A stretch of DNA of 63,790 bases, the filler included, from Octopus bimaculoides (lineage: Eukaryota), in the NCBI RefSeq assembly GCF_001194135.2. It is 8 parts of 8 records of this genome, joined end to end, with 100 filler letters (N's around TTAATTAATTAA, not from the genome) between each part and the next. Parts side by side here need not be neighbours in the genome. Positions count along the whole stretch, not along the records: positions 60,916 to 63,790 come from NC_069007.1; 7 more parts are not named here. One strand, 5' to 3'. This document shows positions 63,360 to 63,790 of this stretch, in pieces. Positions within the stretch are counted from its first letter, which is position 1; each line of letters begins with the position of its first letter. The notes under the pieces were generated by a model. That model was not told the DNA's origin. It ran no database searches and saw only the letters and a list, made by a program, of their open reading frames with translations. The translations under genes were made by a program, and so were the position numbers.

Positions 63360-63790
63360 TAGAGAGATGGGACGACAACAGCAACAATAATAACCATGAC
63401 AACAGCAACAACATCAGCAATGGCAATTATAATTACCAACACCATCACTATAACAACCATCTATATCATCATCTCAATATGACCACCAACACACCATCAC
63501 CACAGCGACCACCACCGCCGCTGCCGTCACCAGTATCACCACTACCATCTCCGCCACCACCACCATACAGGTACCAATACCATTTATACTACATCCCTGA
63601 CAATAACAACTGCCACCACTATCTCCACCTACAACATCACCACTATCACACGCATCGCCACTAACCACCACCAGCACCATCACCACGAATACCGCCATCA
63701 GTAGCATATCCCCCATCGTTCGCAACCAGCACGACCATCACCACCACCACCACCACCAGCACACATCCCCCACCCCATCCACCCACTCCG
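63360..63790. repeat. Degenerate (CAC/CAA/CAT)n low-complexity repeat
   Basis: Direct reading. Confidence 0.9.

Overview
This is AT-rich, microsatellite-dense eukaryotic DNA from a gapped draft assembly. The SINE families, RTE 3' ends and repeat density suggest an octopus genome; that is inference from recalled sequence, not a database search. No host gene can be confidently called. Most ORF-track entries are translations of microsatellites or N-gaps. Seven TTAATTAATTAA linkers embedded in N runs mark artificial joins, so long-range adjacency across them is not trustworthy. The window is a collection of transposon remnants: a near full-length but broken HERO-like REL LINE (2989-5635, -); a YRDD-type Penelope-like element (PLE) with RT, GIY-YIG and an inverted pseudo-LTR (5786-8210); a GIY-YIG fragment from a second PLE lineage (387-609, -); a young Hsmar1-like DD34D mariner (11106-12374); several decayed mariners, a DD37D maT and a TA-flanked MITE; RTE/BovB-like and R4-like LINE fragments; and at least four SINE families. 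The main signal the ORF track misses is a set of about ten hammerhead-ribozyme (HHR) motifs in at least four architectures. These are a long branched stem-II family with covariation (8107, 35675, 57132, plus a partial inverted copy at 5983), long stem-II forms (8518, 32766, 24267), and a minimal family (46309 with a canonical core; 38095 and 49371 with a non-canonical CUGUUGA core). Three of these motifs sit in PLE-style inverted structures. Two same-strand HHRs at 8107 and 8518 could excise a 456-nt RNA. All folds were derived by hand and none has been tested for activity.
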